From: Rhodosorus marinus CCMP1338
Lineage: Eukaryota > Plantae > Rhodophyta
DNA: 64,000 nt
Reading direction: 5' to 3'
Assembly (NCBI GenBank): GCA_029953675.1
Contig: JAMWBK010000005.1
Location: 992,001-1,056,000 of the forward strand
Shown: one piece after another, positions 44,605 through 58,231 of the stretch
How positions within the stretch are numbered: the first letter of the stretch is position 1
How the letters are laid out: each line of letters opens with the position of its first letter
The notes under the pieces: model-generated
The model's input: the letters and a program-made list of their open reading frames with translations, nothing else
What the model was told of the DNA's origin: nothing
The model's database searches: none
Program-made: the position numbers and the translations under genes

Positions 44605-47081
44605 ATGGACAATCGGGCGATGATCGCGACAGGCGCCGCGGTCGGGATTGCCGCGGTGATCACGGCACGCGCGCTGACCGGAGCTGGATCGCAATTTGAG
44701 CCCCCAATTCTGGACAAGCGGGAGCATCAAGTCGCTTTTGGTTACGTGGAAGATGAGAACAGAGGAGAAAACCCAATGAATCCACCCATCTTTAGGGAAG
44801 ATCCTTACTTCTGGGTTCGAGATGATACGAGAAAGAACAAGGAGGTCATCAAGCATCTCGAGAAAGAGAACGCTTATACAGACTTTAAAATGAAACCTCT
44901 GAAGAAGTATACGGAGTCGTTGTACAAGGAGTTGCTATCGCACGTCCAGGAGACGGATTCATCGGTACCTTACAAGCACGGCCCTTACGAGTACTACACG
45001 AAGACAGTGGAAGGATCGAGCTACAAAATTCACTGCCGGAGAGAGCTCGGCTCCGAAAAGGAGGAGATTATTCTCGACGAAAACGTACTGGCGAAAGGAA
45101 AGAAGCACTGCGACGTTGGCGCGGTCGAGGTCTCCCCAAGCCATCAACTCCTAGCTTACTCTGTGGATTCGACCGGGTACGAAACGTACGAGGTCTTGAT
45201 CGTTAACATCGGGACTGGAAAAGTCGTGGACCAAGCCCTGACTGAAACTGCCGGAGGATTGACCTGGGGAAGAGATGACAAGCACCTTTACTACTCCACC
45301 TTCGACCAGGCTCATCGAGTTGATAAAGTCTGGAGACATACTCAAGGGGATACGAAGGATAACGACATACTGTTGTTCGAGGAGGATGATGAACTGTTTT
45401 CCGCTGGGTTTCAGAAGACACGCTCAGAAAGGTATGCGTGTTTCACGGACTACCTGTCTTATAAAAACCCTCATCAATGAGAACCCAAGCCCCGATGTTT
45501 ACTCTTATGTGCGTGCTTGTTGTGCATCAAAAACCTTTCCGTTTCGATAGGTTTATGCTCATCGGAAGTCAGTCAAGCGAGACATCGGAAGGATATATAC
45601 TTGATCTGACTAAGGAAAGCACAGAGGCAGAGCTTATCGCTAAGAGGGAGAAGGGAGTGCTCTACGACATGAACGAGTATCGAGGGAAATTGTACATTAT
45701 TACGAACAAGGATGATGCTAAGAATTTCAAGCTAATGTCCACCAACGTGGATCAGCCAGGACCAGAAAATTGGAAGGAAGTCATGCCCTACGACAAGGAC
45801 ATTAAGCTCGACCTGTTGTCATCGTTCAAGGATTTTGCCGTCCTCTACGGCCGACAGGGAGGCTTCACTCAGATGTGGATCGTACGGGGTGATGATGACG
45901 CTCTTACAAGGGTAGAGTTCGAGGAGAAGGCATACACTGTGGCCCCTGGAATCAATGAAGAGTTCGAGACAACTACCTACCGGTTTTCGTACTCATCACT
46001 CACAACACCAATGCAAACCATTGAGATGAATGTCGACTCCGGTGAAAGGAAGGTCCTGAAGGAACAGCCCGTCCCGAACTTTGATCGCTCATCTTACGAA
46101 TCGGATCGAATCGAAGTGACAGCCGAGGACGGTACAAAAGTGCCGATGTCGCTTGTGTACAAGAAGGATCTACTCAACGGCAATGATCCGAAACCGTGTT
46201 ATCTGTATGGCTACGGTTCTTATGAAATCAGCATCGACCCGTTCTTCAACAGCAAGCTACTTCCATTCCTGGACAGAGACGTTGTGGTGGCGATCGCACA
46301 CATTCGAGGCGGAGGGGAGATGGGGCGTATGCACTATGAGAATGCCAAGTACCTGAAGAAGAAGAACACGTTCACCGATTTCATTGCATGTGCAGACGAG
46401 TTGGTCGCGAAGAAAATCACCGCCCCAGACAGGCTGGTGATCGAAGGAAGAAGCGCAGGGGGCCTTCTCATTGGTGCAGTGATTAACATGCGGCCGGATC
46501 TTTTCCATGCAGCTCACGCCGGAGTCCCGTTTGTGGATGTGATGAACACAATGAGCGGTAGGAGCAATGGCTTTCCATGGAAGCGTGCTTAAGGCTTTCT
46601 TGTCTTTCAGGACTCTGCATTGTGCCTTTTTGCAGTAGTCGTCCTCAACCCGTGCACGTTTAGTCATGCTGACGCTCGCTGTTTTTCTTTCTTTGCCTCC
46701 CCGAATCTAATTGGTACATTGGTTCTCATAGACGCTACGATTCCACTAACGACTGGAGAATGGGAGGAATGGGGAAATCCGAACGAGGAGAAGTATTTTG
46801 ACTATATGTTGTCCTATTCGCCCTACGACAATGTTCAAAAAGCCAACTATCCTGCGCTGCTGGCTACTTCCGGTCTTTGGGATCCACGCGTTGCTTACTG
46901 GGAGCCGACAAAGTGGCTGGCAAAGCTGAGAGAAAACAACCTCAGCGATGGAGACATACTCCTGAAAATGGATTTGGCTTCGGGTCATTTTTCAGCGTCA
47001 GATCGTTACAAGCTGTACCGCGAACGAGCTTTCGAGCTCACCTTCCTGCTCGATCAGCTCAAGGTCTTGCGGACGGACTGA
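44605..47081 (+). CDS. Oligopeptidase B (protease II, S9A), 3 exons
   Basis: EDPYFWVRD, YLYGYGSY, AHIRGGGEMG, catalytic GRSAGG / DPRV / GHF; introns 45432-45550 and 46558-46731; alternative upstream ATG at 44536. Confidence 0.93.
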
Positions 47082-48029
47082 ACGAAAATAACAGAGCAGC
47101 GCAGAGAGGACAACTTTCATTAGCTCTCGTCTGAAGCTGTTCAGACGACTCAGTACACTACAACTAGCCGAAGTAGACATGGCCCAATCCGGATGTAAAC
47201 GTATACTTGAAGATGATTGCACCGCGCCAGGATCCACCACTACAACTGTTTGAGCTAGCCAGGCCGTGGTCTGCAGTTGCAGTTGTTCGATTTCTGGACG
47301 TACCGCAGCTACAGCTACTTGCCAGCAGGCCTTCGCTACAGGGATGATCCCCAATCCCGCCAAGTGACTTTCTACAAGACAACAGACGAGGACCGATGCC
47401 GAGCTCTGTGAACGGTGACTCACGTCGACCAAGCCGCCAAAGTCTCAAAGGGGCATTGTCTCTGTGTTCATCAACAAAAGATTGCAAGTGGCTGTGGGAT
47501 TGGGTTGCTTCGCAAGGCGCGAAGAGATCGATATGGTTTCTTTTTCGCAAATCATCAGTCGTACCCCCTAGTTGATGAAAATCTTAATCTCTTCAGCAAC
47601 CCCCTGAACACGGTATTCGACCTACAGCGGGATACAACCACTCTAAAAGGTCTCCAATGACACAGATCGCGGGGATGAAACCCACTGACTCTATGTCAAA
47701 GGTAGTCCAAATCAGATGCTGGGATGAAGCCCGCTATCTTAACCAAACCCCAAGAAACTCTGTTCTTTCATTCAGGTTCCTTTCTTCTCTCCCTTTTCTA
47801 CCGCTTCCCAGTGAACTCTAAGCCCTTCAGTTCACTAATATATCCCTGATACTCTCTGTGGAGAAGATCTGCTTCTAACGTCGGCAGATCTACTGTACCA
47901 TCGATGATCCGTTTATTCAGAGCCTAACTACCCTGAGAAGCGAGAGACAAGACGCCGATGACGCGCGTCTACAAACAAAGAAGCATCTGGGCGCCACAGG
48001 GTCAAAGAAAGCTCCGTGAGCAGACCATC

Positions 48030-48640
48030 TAGACGCCCTGGGTCGATGCGAAAGATACCTCGCACCAGCGAGAACCTACACTATCTATCAAGCCAAAGCT
48101 TTCAATAATGAGGGGGACAAACCGGTATGTCACCGCCGAATCGAGAAAGGTAGGGTTTGACATCGCTGCCGCATACTGCGATTCTTTCACATGCCGCATG
48201 GACCGATCTGCAGCTCCTCGACGCCGAGCGGACGCGGGCAGGTACCTGGTCGCCTGAGGACAAGGGATGGAGAGGTCAATGTACTCACTACGACGCGCAT
48301 TTAGGTCAGACACAACGAGATCCGCCACCCGCTGGACCGCTGGGGCGTCACTCTCATCAGCAATTTCCGATGCCACCTCCAGAGGGACCTCATACTCCAC
48401 GTCTCGGTCCGTACCGAGCGATTGAGAACGAAGGTAGCGGAAAAGCAAGCTGTTCAGGTGCGTATGGCGTCTGGTCCGGGCCCCTTGAACCTCCGCACAA
48501 GACGCCGCAACAAGTGCGCCCCATAATCACCCCGCGGCACATTGGCCCCGCACAATGCACATCTAGAATCCTGCTCAACAGGCCAAGGGGGTTGCGGCAA
48601 CCCCAGGTACAGTCGTAAGCTTGCACGAAGTCCTATAGTG
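48030..48640 (-). mobile_element. Isolated 5'-truncated family C RLE retrotransposon in the gene-dense zone
   Basis: LRLYLGLPQPPWP..CALC..YGAHLL, RVADLVVSD..YIDLSIPCP..KESQY..FVPLIIESFG. Confidence 0.85.
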
Positions 48641-50987
48641 ATTGATTCCGTAGGGATTGATACTATCGACGATACTATCGTTACTGTTGTCGTCGTGTGT
48701 TCTCGTGGATCTTCACAGTTGCGAGGCAGCACAGCGCCCTCAGAAGCGCATGCTGCCTCGCAGGCACCCTAGCAACTACTACCCAAGAACGCAGACCAAT
48801 CTGCTATCTCGGTCTCTTTTGGGAGTGAAAGATAGACGTTGAGCCGTATTGTCGTGAACGTCTCCAAAACACCTATTGTGATTGCTGGTCGTTCCCGCAC
48901 ATGGGGTTGCTCATGTGTTTGTACCCAATCCGCCCACCCCGGAAATGAGGTTTTTTTGTCCGCTCCTGAAAACGAGGGCGAACAGGGCGAGCATGCCCAC
49001 CCCAAAGAAAAGCCGTGATCGGAAATCTTTTCACAGACCAAAACAAAAACCCGGTTTCACATTCGATCAACTGGAAACAAAAAAATGAAGAAAAAACTCT
49101 ACCACTCTGTTCAATCAAGACGACGAGAACAAATGCTATTCTCTCCCAGACGACCAAAAACACAAACAAAAAAAAACTAGAAACCAGGGCTCTATCCCTC
49201 TCTTGCCCAAACTCATATGACTCCTACCCCAATTCATATATATGTACTCTTCCAAAAATTGTCCTTGCCCATGTGTCCTCTCCACCATCTCCAAACTCCT
49301 CCAACCCTCTGCAACTGCGGAGGCCGCTCACCCTAATTGAGTCTTCTTCATACACAAACAATACAAACAAAAAGGCGTATGATATGACGGGAAAAATCCC
49401 TTTCCACATAAAAACAAATGAAAATAAAGATTCCGTCTCCTCTTATGTCAGAATGTGTATTATTTTAAGAAAAACATATATTTGTGATAATTGTTTAATT
49501 TACCAAATTTTAATTTCTGCTCGTCCCTATGCGAGAAAAGTTCTACGGTTCAAACACTAAAATAAAGAATTAGAGAAGAAAATAGATAGAGGTCAGGGAA
49601 GCAAGACATTTTGAGGACATGTATTTTGGAAACTACTTGGGCGTGGATTGAGGGATATCGTAAACATCATTCCATCATACCCCTGCCCTTCCCCCCCCCC
49701 TTCAGCTTTCCTGGCTCTCGTTGAGGTCAACGGAGTTTGTAGATTTTAGTATGAAATTACATTGTCAAAGACTTAAACGGGATTTGGTTAGGGGTTTGCG
49801 TTCTTCTGGTGCTCGTCTGACGTGCGGATTGGAAAAGGAGAAGAAATTGGAATGCTGCACTTTTAAACGATAAAACTAAACTGGTGGAGGCGACGTTTTT
49901 AGCTGCGGTTGTGGGAGCGGCTCGGTGACGTCTCTCCTCACCGGACGCAGTGTGCGGCCCGTTTGAGGACTTGGTTGTCAGGACGAAGAGAAGACTACTG
50001 CTCGCGTGAAGGAGAAGACCTCCTCATCTGTTGTTCTCGATCTCCTCGATATTGAGGAACGAAGGATACCTAATTCTTCCCCAGAGGACTGCGCAATATA
50101 AGGGAAAGAATACAAATATTGGGCTGCGCTTCGCAGACAAGAGAGGGTCTGAGCTATTGGTTTGCTTGTCGTAAGTAGAACATACACTTGTGGCTCTCCA
50201 TTCTCAATATCGTAGGACACCCTTCCCCGGGCTGGTTCACCTTCCAGTAAAAGATGCAGAGTGAACACAAGATAGTCAACCCCCTCACCGTTCAGCACCG
50301 GCCATCCCTCTCACCTCCCCTCACCGTCCACCAAAAAAAAACATCCAGTTCCACATCCCTCAACACTTTTCCCCCCCCCTTATCAATTTCTATATGTCCC
50401 AAATTGGACGTTCTCCATAAAACAAAAGGGTAAAATCCATCCACCCGAAACAACTACACACCACGGACTCAGAAACTCGTTACCCAATATAACCATAAAA
50501 GACCGTGATTGACTATAGTCCCATATCGATATCAAAATATTAAAAACAAATACATGTTGACCGATTAGGTACATTTTCTCACCGTAGCGTACGAAAGCAG
50601 GAGAAGGTGGAGGCGGCAGGGGTGGTAGAATCATCTTTATTATAATATTTTAGTTATTTTTATACAATGTTGTGGAGAAAACTAGGGGGTATAAATTTCC
50701 GGAGAAATTGAAAGATTAAGATTCCCGATGGGAATGGAATTTTGGAGTGCGTGCACAGTCTGATGTTAAACTCACAACGGTTTACACCCTTTGGGGGGTT
50801 TTGGGTAGTTGGAATCTACTGTCTGATGTCAAAAGAAGCTTTTGGAGGTTGTTTTGGATTCATTTTGGGGGGGTTTTCCTTTTGGAGGCTTTCTTGATGG
50901 ATGACGTTCCTACGTGCGTTGGAAGGATCGAGAGAATTCAAGTTATGATGGGAGAGGGAAGGTTGGGAACGCGGGTCTGCCGAGGAA

Positions 50988-51050
50988 GGAAGGTGAGGTA
51001 GGAAGGTGAGGTAGGAAGGTAAGGTGGGAAGGTGAGGTAGGAAGGTGGGG
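50988..51050. repeat. 13-bp purine-rich tandem repeat (GGAAGGTGAGGTA), about 5 copies
   Basis: Directly visible; lies about 510 bp upstream of the ATG at 51563. Confidence 0.85.
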
Positions 51051-51562
51051 AGGGAAAGTGAGGTGGTTAAGGACGAAGAGGAAGGAAGAAGGTTTAGTTA
51101 AAGAGTAGTTGATGTAAATGTGTTGGGGGAGAATAGAGGTTGACGTCGGGTTTTGGGGGAAGGGGTTTTTAAAGGAGCTGGGCGAGGGGGTTGGGGAGGA
51201 AGAGTTGGAAGGTGGAGTGCTGGTTCAAGTGAGAAGTGTGGTACTGGCGCTGCTGAACGAGGAGGGAGGAAGAAACTGAGAGTTGGGGAATTGAGGGAGT
51301 AGGAAGAGGAGTGGTTGTGCTGTTTGGAAGAGAGGTGTTGAGGGAGAGATTTGGGTTTGTTTTTTTGACGGTGGAGGGTTGTGAGAGTGCGTATGGTGCT
51401 AGTGAAACGATTGGGTCTGTGAAATTTGTTTTGGCTTGGCTGTTTAAGTGGTGATGGGTTGCACGTGAGAGTTCTTTCGGGGCTTTTTTTTTTTTTGTTG
51501 CTGCTGTGACGCGGGATCGGTTTGTTGGCGGTGGGTGGGTTGGGTAGATGAGGGGGAACGCG

Positions 51563-52409
51563 ATGGATGGGGAGAATGAGGAAGGGCAGCAATTGCCCCA
51601 GAAGGAAAATTTGAGGGAGAGCTTCACCATTGCTGCAAATGCTTTAACCAGTTTGTACAAGAAGAGCATTCGACTGGAGCAGGAGGGTAGAATGATAGGA
51701 GGGAGAGATGCCATTTCTGGAATGTATGAGTGGGTAAGGACTTTGCTCTGGGGTTCACTGCCGCTGTCGGTTGTGTTTCAGTTTTCTAAGACCTGGCGTA
51801 TGTTTGTCCGTCCTTGGTTGACAGATTTTGAAGCGAGGTACCCAGTCCGGGACTATACCTACAGAAGAGTTGCTTGAGATATGTCGTGCCATGTACTTGA
51901 GCTTTGGAGGTGATGCTGGTGAGCTGAGGGAAGATTTTCCGGCGATCAAGGCTCCCGAGAAGACTTCTGCAGGGAGCTTTCGAAATGAGGAGCGGCAAAT
52001 GTCCGTTGAGAGCGCCAAGGGCCAGAAGGACAATGTTGGAAAGGATTCAGCGGTAAGTGGCTGTCGCGCTGCACTTCAAAGTGGTCATCATGCATGGTCT
52101 GATATTGAAACGCGCTCGGGTTGTCAATTTGTGCATTTCTTCCAGAGCAAACTAGCGAAGTGCCATAACTGCGGTACTCCTGCTGGAGCCAATTTGAGCA
52201 TGATAGGACGGAAAAGGCACAGGTACGCTACAGATCATGACATTGAAGGTGATTCAGAGCTGTCGCAGTTGTTTTTGAGCAAGATCGGCTCCCCGTGGGC
52301 TCCACGAGAGAAGAATTGGCTGCTGATCAATCGTGACAAGGACGAGGAGGAGGACAATGGGAAGGATGATGATAGCGAGACCGAGGAAAAGTGGAATGCG
52401 GATGAGTGA
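51563..52409 (+). CDS. Small conserved protein, HAPSTR1/C16orf72-like (tentative), with at least 2 introns
   Basis: LRESFTIAANALTSLYKKS..GGRDAISGMYEW|ILKRG resembles the F..AA..V..LY signature; introns about 51734-51825 and 52053-52144; 3' end uncertain. Confidence 0.55.
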
Positions 52410-52847
52410 GATTCTCCCAGTAGTCGTTGGGACTCTTTGCCCAGAAGAGAAGGTTGTGAATATGTTTAAAACCTGTTGCGAAATCTTCGAACTCTGCCGC
52501 TGGGTCGGCCGCGAACGCTGCTGTTCCCATGACGAAACTCAACCACTCTGTGGTCGATAGAACGTCGGCCGTTGACTCGCTTGGAAATGATTCCGAACGT
52601 GAGCAAGAAAAGCTTGCCCACGTTGCTGCTGCTGCGGTTGCTGCTTAGAAACTTTGATGGTTTTCCGCACGGATGCCGTCGATGGGTTTCGCCGAAAGCT
52701 GGGAAGCCCTGTGTTTCGTTTTGCCAGCAGACCTGCGCTTTCGGAGAACTAGAAGACCCAAAGACACAGACTATATAGATATAACTTTATACTCAATTCC
52801 CTATTAAAATTACTTAAGTTAAATTTTTCAGGGGGGGGGGGCGAGGT

Positions 52848-55187
52848 CTATTCTGGAATAATTTTGCCCGGGTTCATTATGCCCTTTGGATCCAACGTCT
52901 TCTTCAAAGTCCTCATCAGCTCTAGTGACGTTGCATCACATTCAGCCTGTGGTATTTTTTAAAAAAGCGACCATGTTCAGTTTGTCGGACCGTCAAGGGG
53001 ACTAGGCTACTTGCGTCGATCCAGACCGGAAACTGTGCTTAACACACCTTCAGATACGGGATTTTGCCCATCCCAACGCCGTGCTCTCCAGTGCAAGTTC
53101 CGCCCATCCGAATAGCTCGATGACTTAACCGGCTTGTGATTTCCTTCGCCGTCCTGATCTCGTCCAGGTTGTTGAGGTCCACCTGGGATGACCATAGAAG
53201 CGAGATGAGCCCAGTTGCCGTTTACGCAAAGAAAAAAGATCGAGGAAGACCTACAACAAAGATAACGTGAAAGTTCCCATCCCCAACATGCCCGATCATC
53301 GCCGAGAATATGTTAGTGTCCGCAATATCTTCCTTGGTCTCCCTAATGCATTCTGCCAGTCGGCTTATTGGCACACAGCTGGGGACACACAATAGAAACA
53401 TACAGTGTCAATTCCCAAACTATTCACTTGGGGATGTAGACGGCAACCCTCCATCCAATCTCGCTCCCAGAGCACGAACTCGGCTAATATGGTCAAATTT
53501 CCAATTTTGAGCGTCTCGGAGGTATGGGTTGCAGACTTACGCATCGCTGATAACACCTTTTCCGCCCTTTCTCAATGCTAAGATCGCGTAATAGCTGTTG
53601 TGCCTAGCATGCCAGAGCTTCTTCTGATCTTCAAGCTCCTGTGAGAGGGAGAGCAGAGCGAATTCTCAGACCACAACGGCATTCAAAATATTTGGTTCTT
53701 TCTTCCATGTGTTCGTGTTCTGTGGGTTCAGTACTGCACATACCGTTGCAGTTTTCACATCGATCACGTCGTTCTTGTTAGCAATCGCTTTCACCTGAAG
53801 ACACATCACGACGTGTGCTAGTGCGTTGAGATATTCTGAGGCGAAGCAGCCGGGAGTTTGCTTGACCGTTTCGACTTTGGCTAGCTTACAGTTTCGGCTT
53901 CGTCTTTCGTGGACGTCTCCGAGCCCTGAAACTCCAAGAACAGAGAAGGTTTCTCTTCGTGCCAGGACTGGTAAGCCCTGTTCACCGCCTGAATCGACGT
54001 CTCATCGACGAACTCGAGTCTGGAGACTCCCACGCCTTGCTGTAGAATCTTCACCGATGTTCTAATGGCGTCTTCCATGCTCTGAAAGGTACAAACCGTA
54101 GATCTCGAGAATTCCGGTCTGGGATATAGCTTGAGCGTAGCCTCAGTTACCACTCCTAGAGTACCTTCAGCTCCGATAAACATGCTGTGACGCAGATGCA
54201 GATACCGCCTAAGATGGTGCCGCTTTGTTCATGCGCTACGTGAACTTGACTAAGAGACTTCTAACTCCGTACCTCGTTAAATCTACTGCAGATGAACACC
54301 CACGACGTTCCTTCCCAGTTTGTATCTTTTTTCCTCCGGGAAGAACGACTTTGAGACCCAGGACGTTATCTCTCATTCTTCCGTACCGAACCTATCGAAA
54401 TAGGAATGGTGATGTTCAGTTGCTGGAAGCAGAAGAAGTCTTCGATGGCAAAGACAAGATACGGAGAAGGTCGCCTTCCGGAAAAACAATGCCATCAGTC
54501 CCTCGTAAGGCGGATGGAAGTCAATAGTCAATGGACGTACAACCACGACGTCTTGCTTGAGATATCTTGTTCTACGCTAGCGTGGTGTTTGAACCAGTTT
54601 ACTTACCGTAGTCGTACCTGATGCGCTAGTAGATATCATACCCCCTAGTGTAGCATCAGCACCGGGATCGACTGGGAAGAACAGTCCAGTATCTCTGAGG
54701 TAGTTGTCTAGTTGACTTCTTAGGATACCACACTGAACGGTTGCCGTCATCTCGTCCGGGTCTACGGACAAGACTGAGTTCATGTCCGCAACGTCGAGAC
54801 TGAGACCTCCTCTAAGAGCATGAATATGTCCTTCCAAGCTTGTTCCAGCTCCATAGGGAATGACCGGAAACCCATGGTCTGCGGATAAGCAAATGAGAAC
54901 CAAGAGGTCAGCAACGCGTTCTTATTTTTTCAAACCAAACCCACGAGCAAGTGCACTAGCAAATCCAAAACAAAGCCAAATTCTGTACCACTACAGGTCC
55001 TCAGCACAGCTTGTACATCCCCTTCACAAGAAGCCACCGCTACAGCGTCAGGAATACGCGCGGCGTGGTACGACTCATCCGTCCCGTGCCTTTCCAGAAC
55101 ACTCGCAGATGTCAGCAGAGACCCGCGAAACAGAGGCGATTTCAGCTGAGATAAACTCTGATATACTCTGCTTGTCACAGGCTCCAT
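52848..55187 (-). CDS. FAD-linked D-lactate dehydrogenase (cytochrome), multi-exon
   Basis: HGTDESYH..PDAV, VIPYGAGTSLEGH, FFPVDPGADATLGGM, FIGAEGTLGVVTEATLKL, C-terminal LKKTLDPKGIMNPGKII. Confidence 0.92.
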
Positions 55188-55656
55188 TCTTCGTCTTTAA
55201 ATTCCTTATCAAATGATTTTATACGCCAAATTCCTCCCCAGGGAAAGAAGAAAGGTCGCCGCTGAACCACCTCCTTCCCATCTCAACATATCCCTTTTCA
55301 ATCCCTTACCCACAAGTCGGCGAGATCCATCCCGTTGCGAGTAGGGGCTTGGACAGTGGGACAGAACCCTTGTTGTCCCACTCCCAACGTGGTGAGGAAT
55401 ATGAAAGTTGGATGACCAATGCCGGGAGTCATGGTATTGCTCGCTGAAGGTGATGGTGACGATAGGTTGCGGAGAGGTTGGAAGTCCTGAGGGTGGATGT
55501 GGGATTGGGTTTTAAGATGAGCGACAGCTCGTTCGTCTTGGTGTTGCGGTTTGGGTTTGCCAGTTCACGATGGAGTTGTTCTTTTTACTTAAGATTGGAT
55601 GGGGTGGCTGCGTCAAGACCCGTTGAAACGCAGGAAAAAGTACGTTAGTAATCAAG

Positions 55657-58231
55657 TTAGAAAGGAATGGCCTTCTTGAACTCCTCAAGGTTGCGCTGTT
55701 CGACGAAAGGTAGAAGGTCCAGCCTCGCATCTGCTACGAGCACTGTCCGCACATAGCTCCACACATGTGACGCGTCCGGGTTGAGTTCAAGGCCCCGTAG
55801 GTAGAATCTGACGGCGTGCTGCAGCTTTCCCTGGGATTCGTCCGAACGTTTCGTAAGAAGATTGTTGAGTGAGAATGTGCATGAGAAGCACGAGATTACA
55901 ACTGCGGTTCTGCAAAGTCAAGACGATACGAACCTGATTCGCATAGGACGTTCCGACATTCACCCATGCTCGTACATAACCAGGCTTCAGATCAACCGCT
56001 GTGCGATAGGCTTTCAAGGCCTCCTCATGATTCTCCCCGTTCGCAAATGTAGCTCCGAGGCGATTCCACAGTTTATAGTCGTTCCCGCTGAACTCAATAG
56101 CTTTCATGAAAGCATTCTGGCCTTCCTCGTACTCTCTGGACAAGTTGTATAGTACCCCAACAATCTAGAGGGAGGTTCACAAGGAACAACAGTTAACACG
56201 GCGGAAACCGGTGATACCAAGCACCGCACAAGAACTTGGATGACGGGTAAGCCTACTGAGTGCAATTCCGGGCTTTCTGGGTGGGCTCGCAGTGCTGCAA
56301 ACACCCTTTGCAGGAGTTCTCCGTGAGCTGAGAACTGATCGCTTGGATCCGACGCCGGGATTGAGGGTTGGAACCGCTGGTACTGCAACATAGATAGTGA
56401 CAACAAGAAATCTCAAAGGGTGAGCAAGACTGCGTCAATGCATTCCTAAATCGCACATCTTAGGTCGTCATGCAAAAAGAACTTACATCTGGGTGTAGAT
56501 CCAGCCACTGCTTAAGGTAGTCCAAAGCTCGGGACTGGTTCAACTCGTTTGCGTATGAAACTCCTAGTGAGAGAAGCGCGTCCATATGGCTCTCTCCGGT
56601 TTGTCCTATCTGCAAGCACCTGAAAGTACAAAACAGCCGTTCCCTGCTGAGTACTAGGGCACTTCTCTCATTGGCAGTTCGATAAGATTTAACGAAAACC
56701 CTTACCTCTTGAGGGCAGCGATGGCCTTCACGTCGTCGTCGCACTCCGCCTGGGCCTCGCCAAGAAGGTACCAGCCGCGCGAGTTCTCAGGCTCACTCTG
56801 GACGACAGCCTCCAAAGCAAGACTGGCCTCGACCATCTTCCCTTCCTCCAGCAGCCTCTCTGCCTCCACCATGGGATTTGGATGATTTTTGTACGGGTTG
56901 TTCTCGGCAAACTCGTACTCTGGCACTTCCGGGTCCTTTCAAGGATTCAACGAAGCATCTGTCAGCGGAGCTATCTCCAAGCTAGTGTAGCGACAAAGCG
57001 CGCATGGCCTACTCTTCCAAGGTGATGAAACAGAGCTTCCTCGTAGGATTCCTCCGCTCCCTCTAGCGAGGCAAACTCGTCTCCCCAGCTCTTCTCGTCA
57101 CCCAGTTCCTGAGCCCAATTCTGTTCCTTCTGATTCTTCTCCTGCGTAAACTGTGCAGCCAAATCGTTCTGGTTGGTCTTCTCCTCCTGCGCGAACTCAC
57201 TCGCCATGTCCCCTCCGCTTTCCTTCCAAAGACCTTCAGCATGGTTTGAGAAATTGTCGGTGGTGTTCGCAGCGTTTGCCGTTCTGGCTCGAGTCGCGGA
57301 AGCTGCAGAAGAACCCTATAGTAGAAAGACGAAGCGGCGCATGAGACCACAGCGACACACAAAAGCAAGGAGGAACAGGCGAATTGACTTACTCCAACTT
57401 GCATTCGGGAAAAGTGGCTAACCCAGTCGCCTCCTTCGCGTTGAAAGTCATCCGCCATTTGGGGCGGCGGAGCTCTGTGCACAGCAGTCCTTCCGGGCTG
57501 GTTAAAAGCTGACTCGAAGTCGCCCTCAAAATGAGGCGGCATCATTTGCCCTGCTGGTCTCGCCCTCATCATTGGCCCTGGTCCCGGCGCCATAACCGGC
57601 ACTGGCGGAGGTACCATACCCGACTGAATCTCATGGAGAAACTGGCCGACCTGAAGTATGGGATCGCATTAAAACATAGCAGCAGACTCAGTTGCTACCC
57701 CGTCAACTGGTTCCTTGCTTGCCCGTACGTAGGAACAGGAGAAACGCACCTCCCGCTCAACTAGTTCAGGATTGTTTCCATGCATTTCTACCGCAGCAGC
57801 ATACGCTCTTTGCTCAAGATTTCTCATTTCCGCAGGCGGCACCCCCGCAGAGTTGAAGGCGTTCTCAAAGTCCCGTTCAGCGGGATGAAGCCCGGGAGGA
57901 GGCATCATCTGACCAAGAGAAGGTCCCGGCGGTCCAGCGAATCTCCCAAGACGGCCTGGCGCCACCGGGGGCGGCATCGGTCTCGATGGCCCTGAACCGT
58001 CGCCTGGAAGTCCTGCAACGCAACAAATCGTTGAGAAGGCGAAGCCACACTGAAGAGAACACTACCAGGCAAGTCTACTTTACCTCGCTCATACTGTGCG
58101 CGTTCTTCAGGCTCATACAGAATAGAATTCGCGAGCCTCGCTAACGGGTTCACAGCCTGCGAGGACGATGAGCCCTCTGCGCCTTCCGGGGCGCACGCCG
58201 CGCCGCCAGTTACGAGCTCCCGCATCGACAT
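55657..58231 (-). CDS. PEX5: Peroxisomal targeting signal 1 receptor (TPR), multi-exon
   Basis: MSMRELVTGGAAC..NPLARLAN N-terminus, WxxxF motifs (WVSHF, WGDEF), YEFAENNPY, WYLLGEAQAECDDD, LWNRLGATFANG..YVRAWVNVGTSYAN. Confidence 0.92.

Noticed and set aside
46998-47800. Possible convergent gene downstream of oligopeptidase B
   Set aside because: Several short frames with no recognisable motif, partly overlapping the peptidase 3' end.
49978-50298. 106-aa minus-strand ORF
   Set aside because: It starts at GTG with an in-frame stop just upstream and has no recognisable domain; would need transcript evidence.
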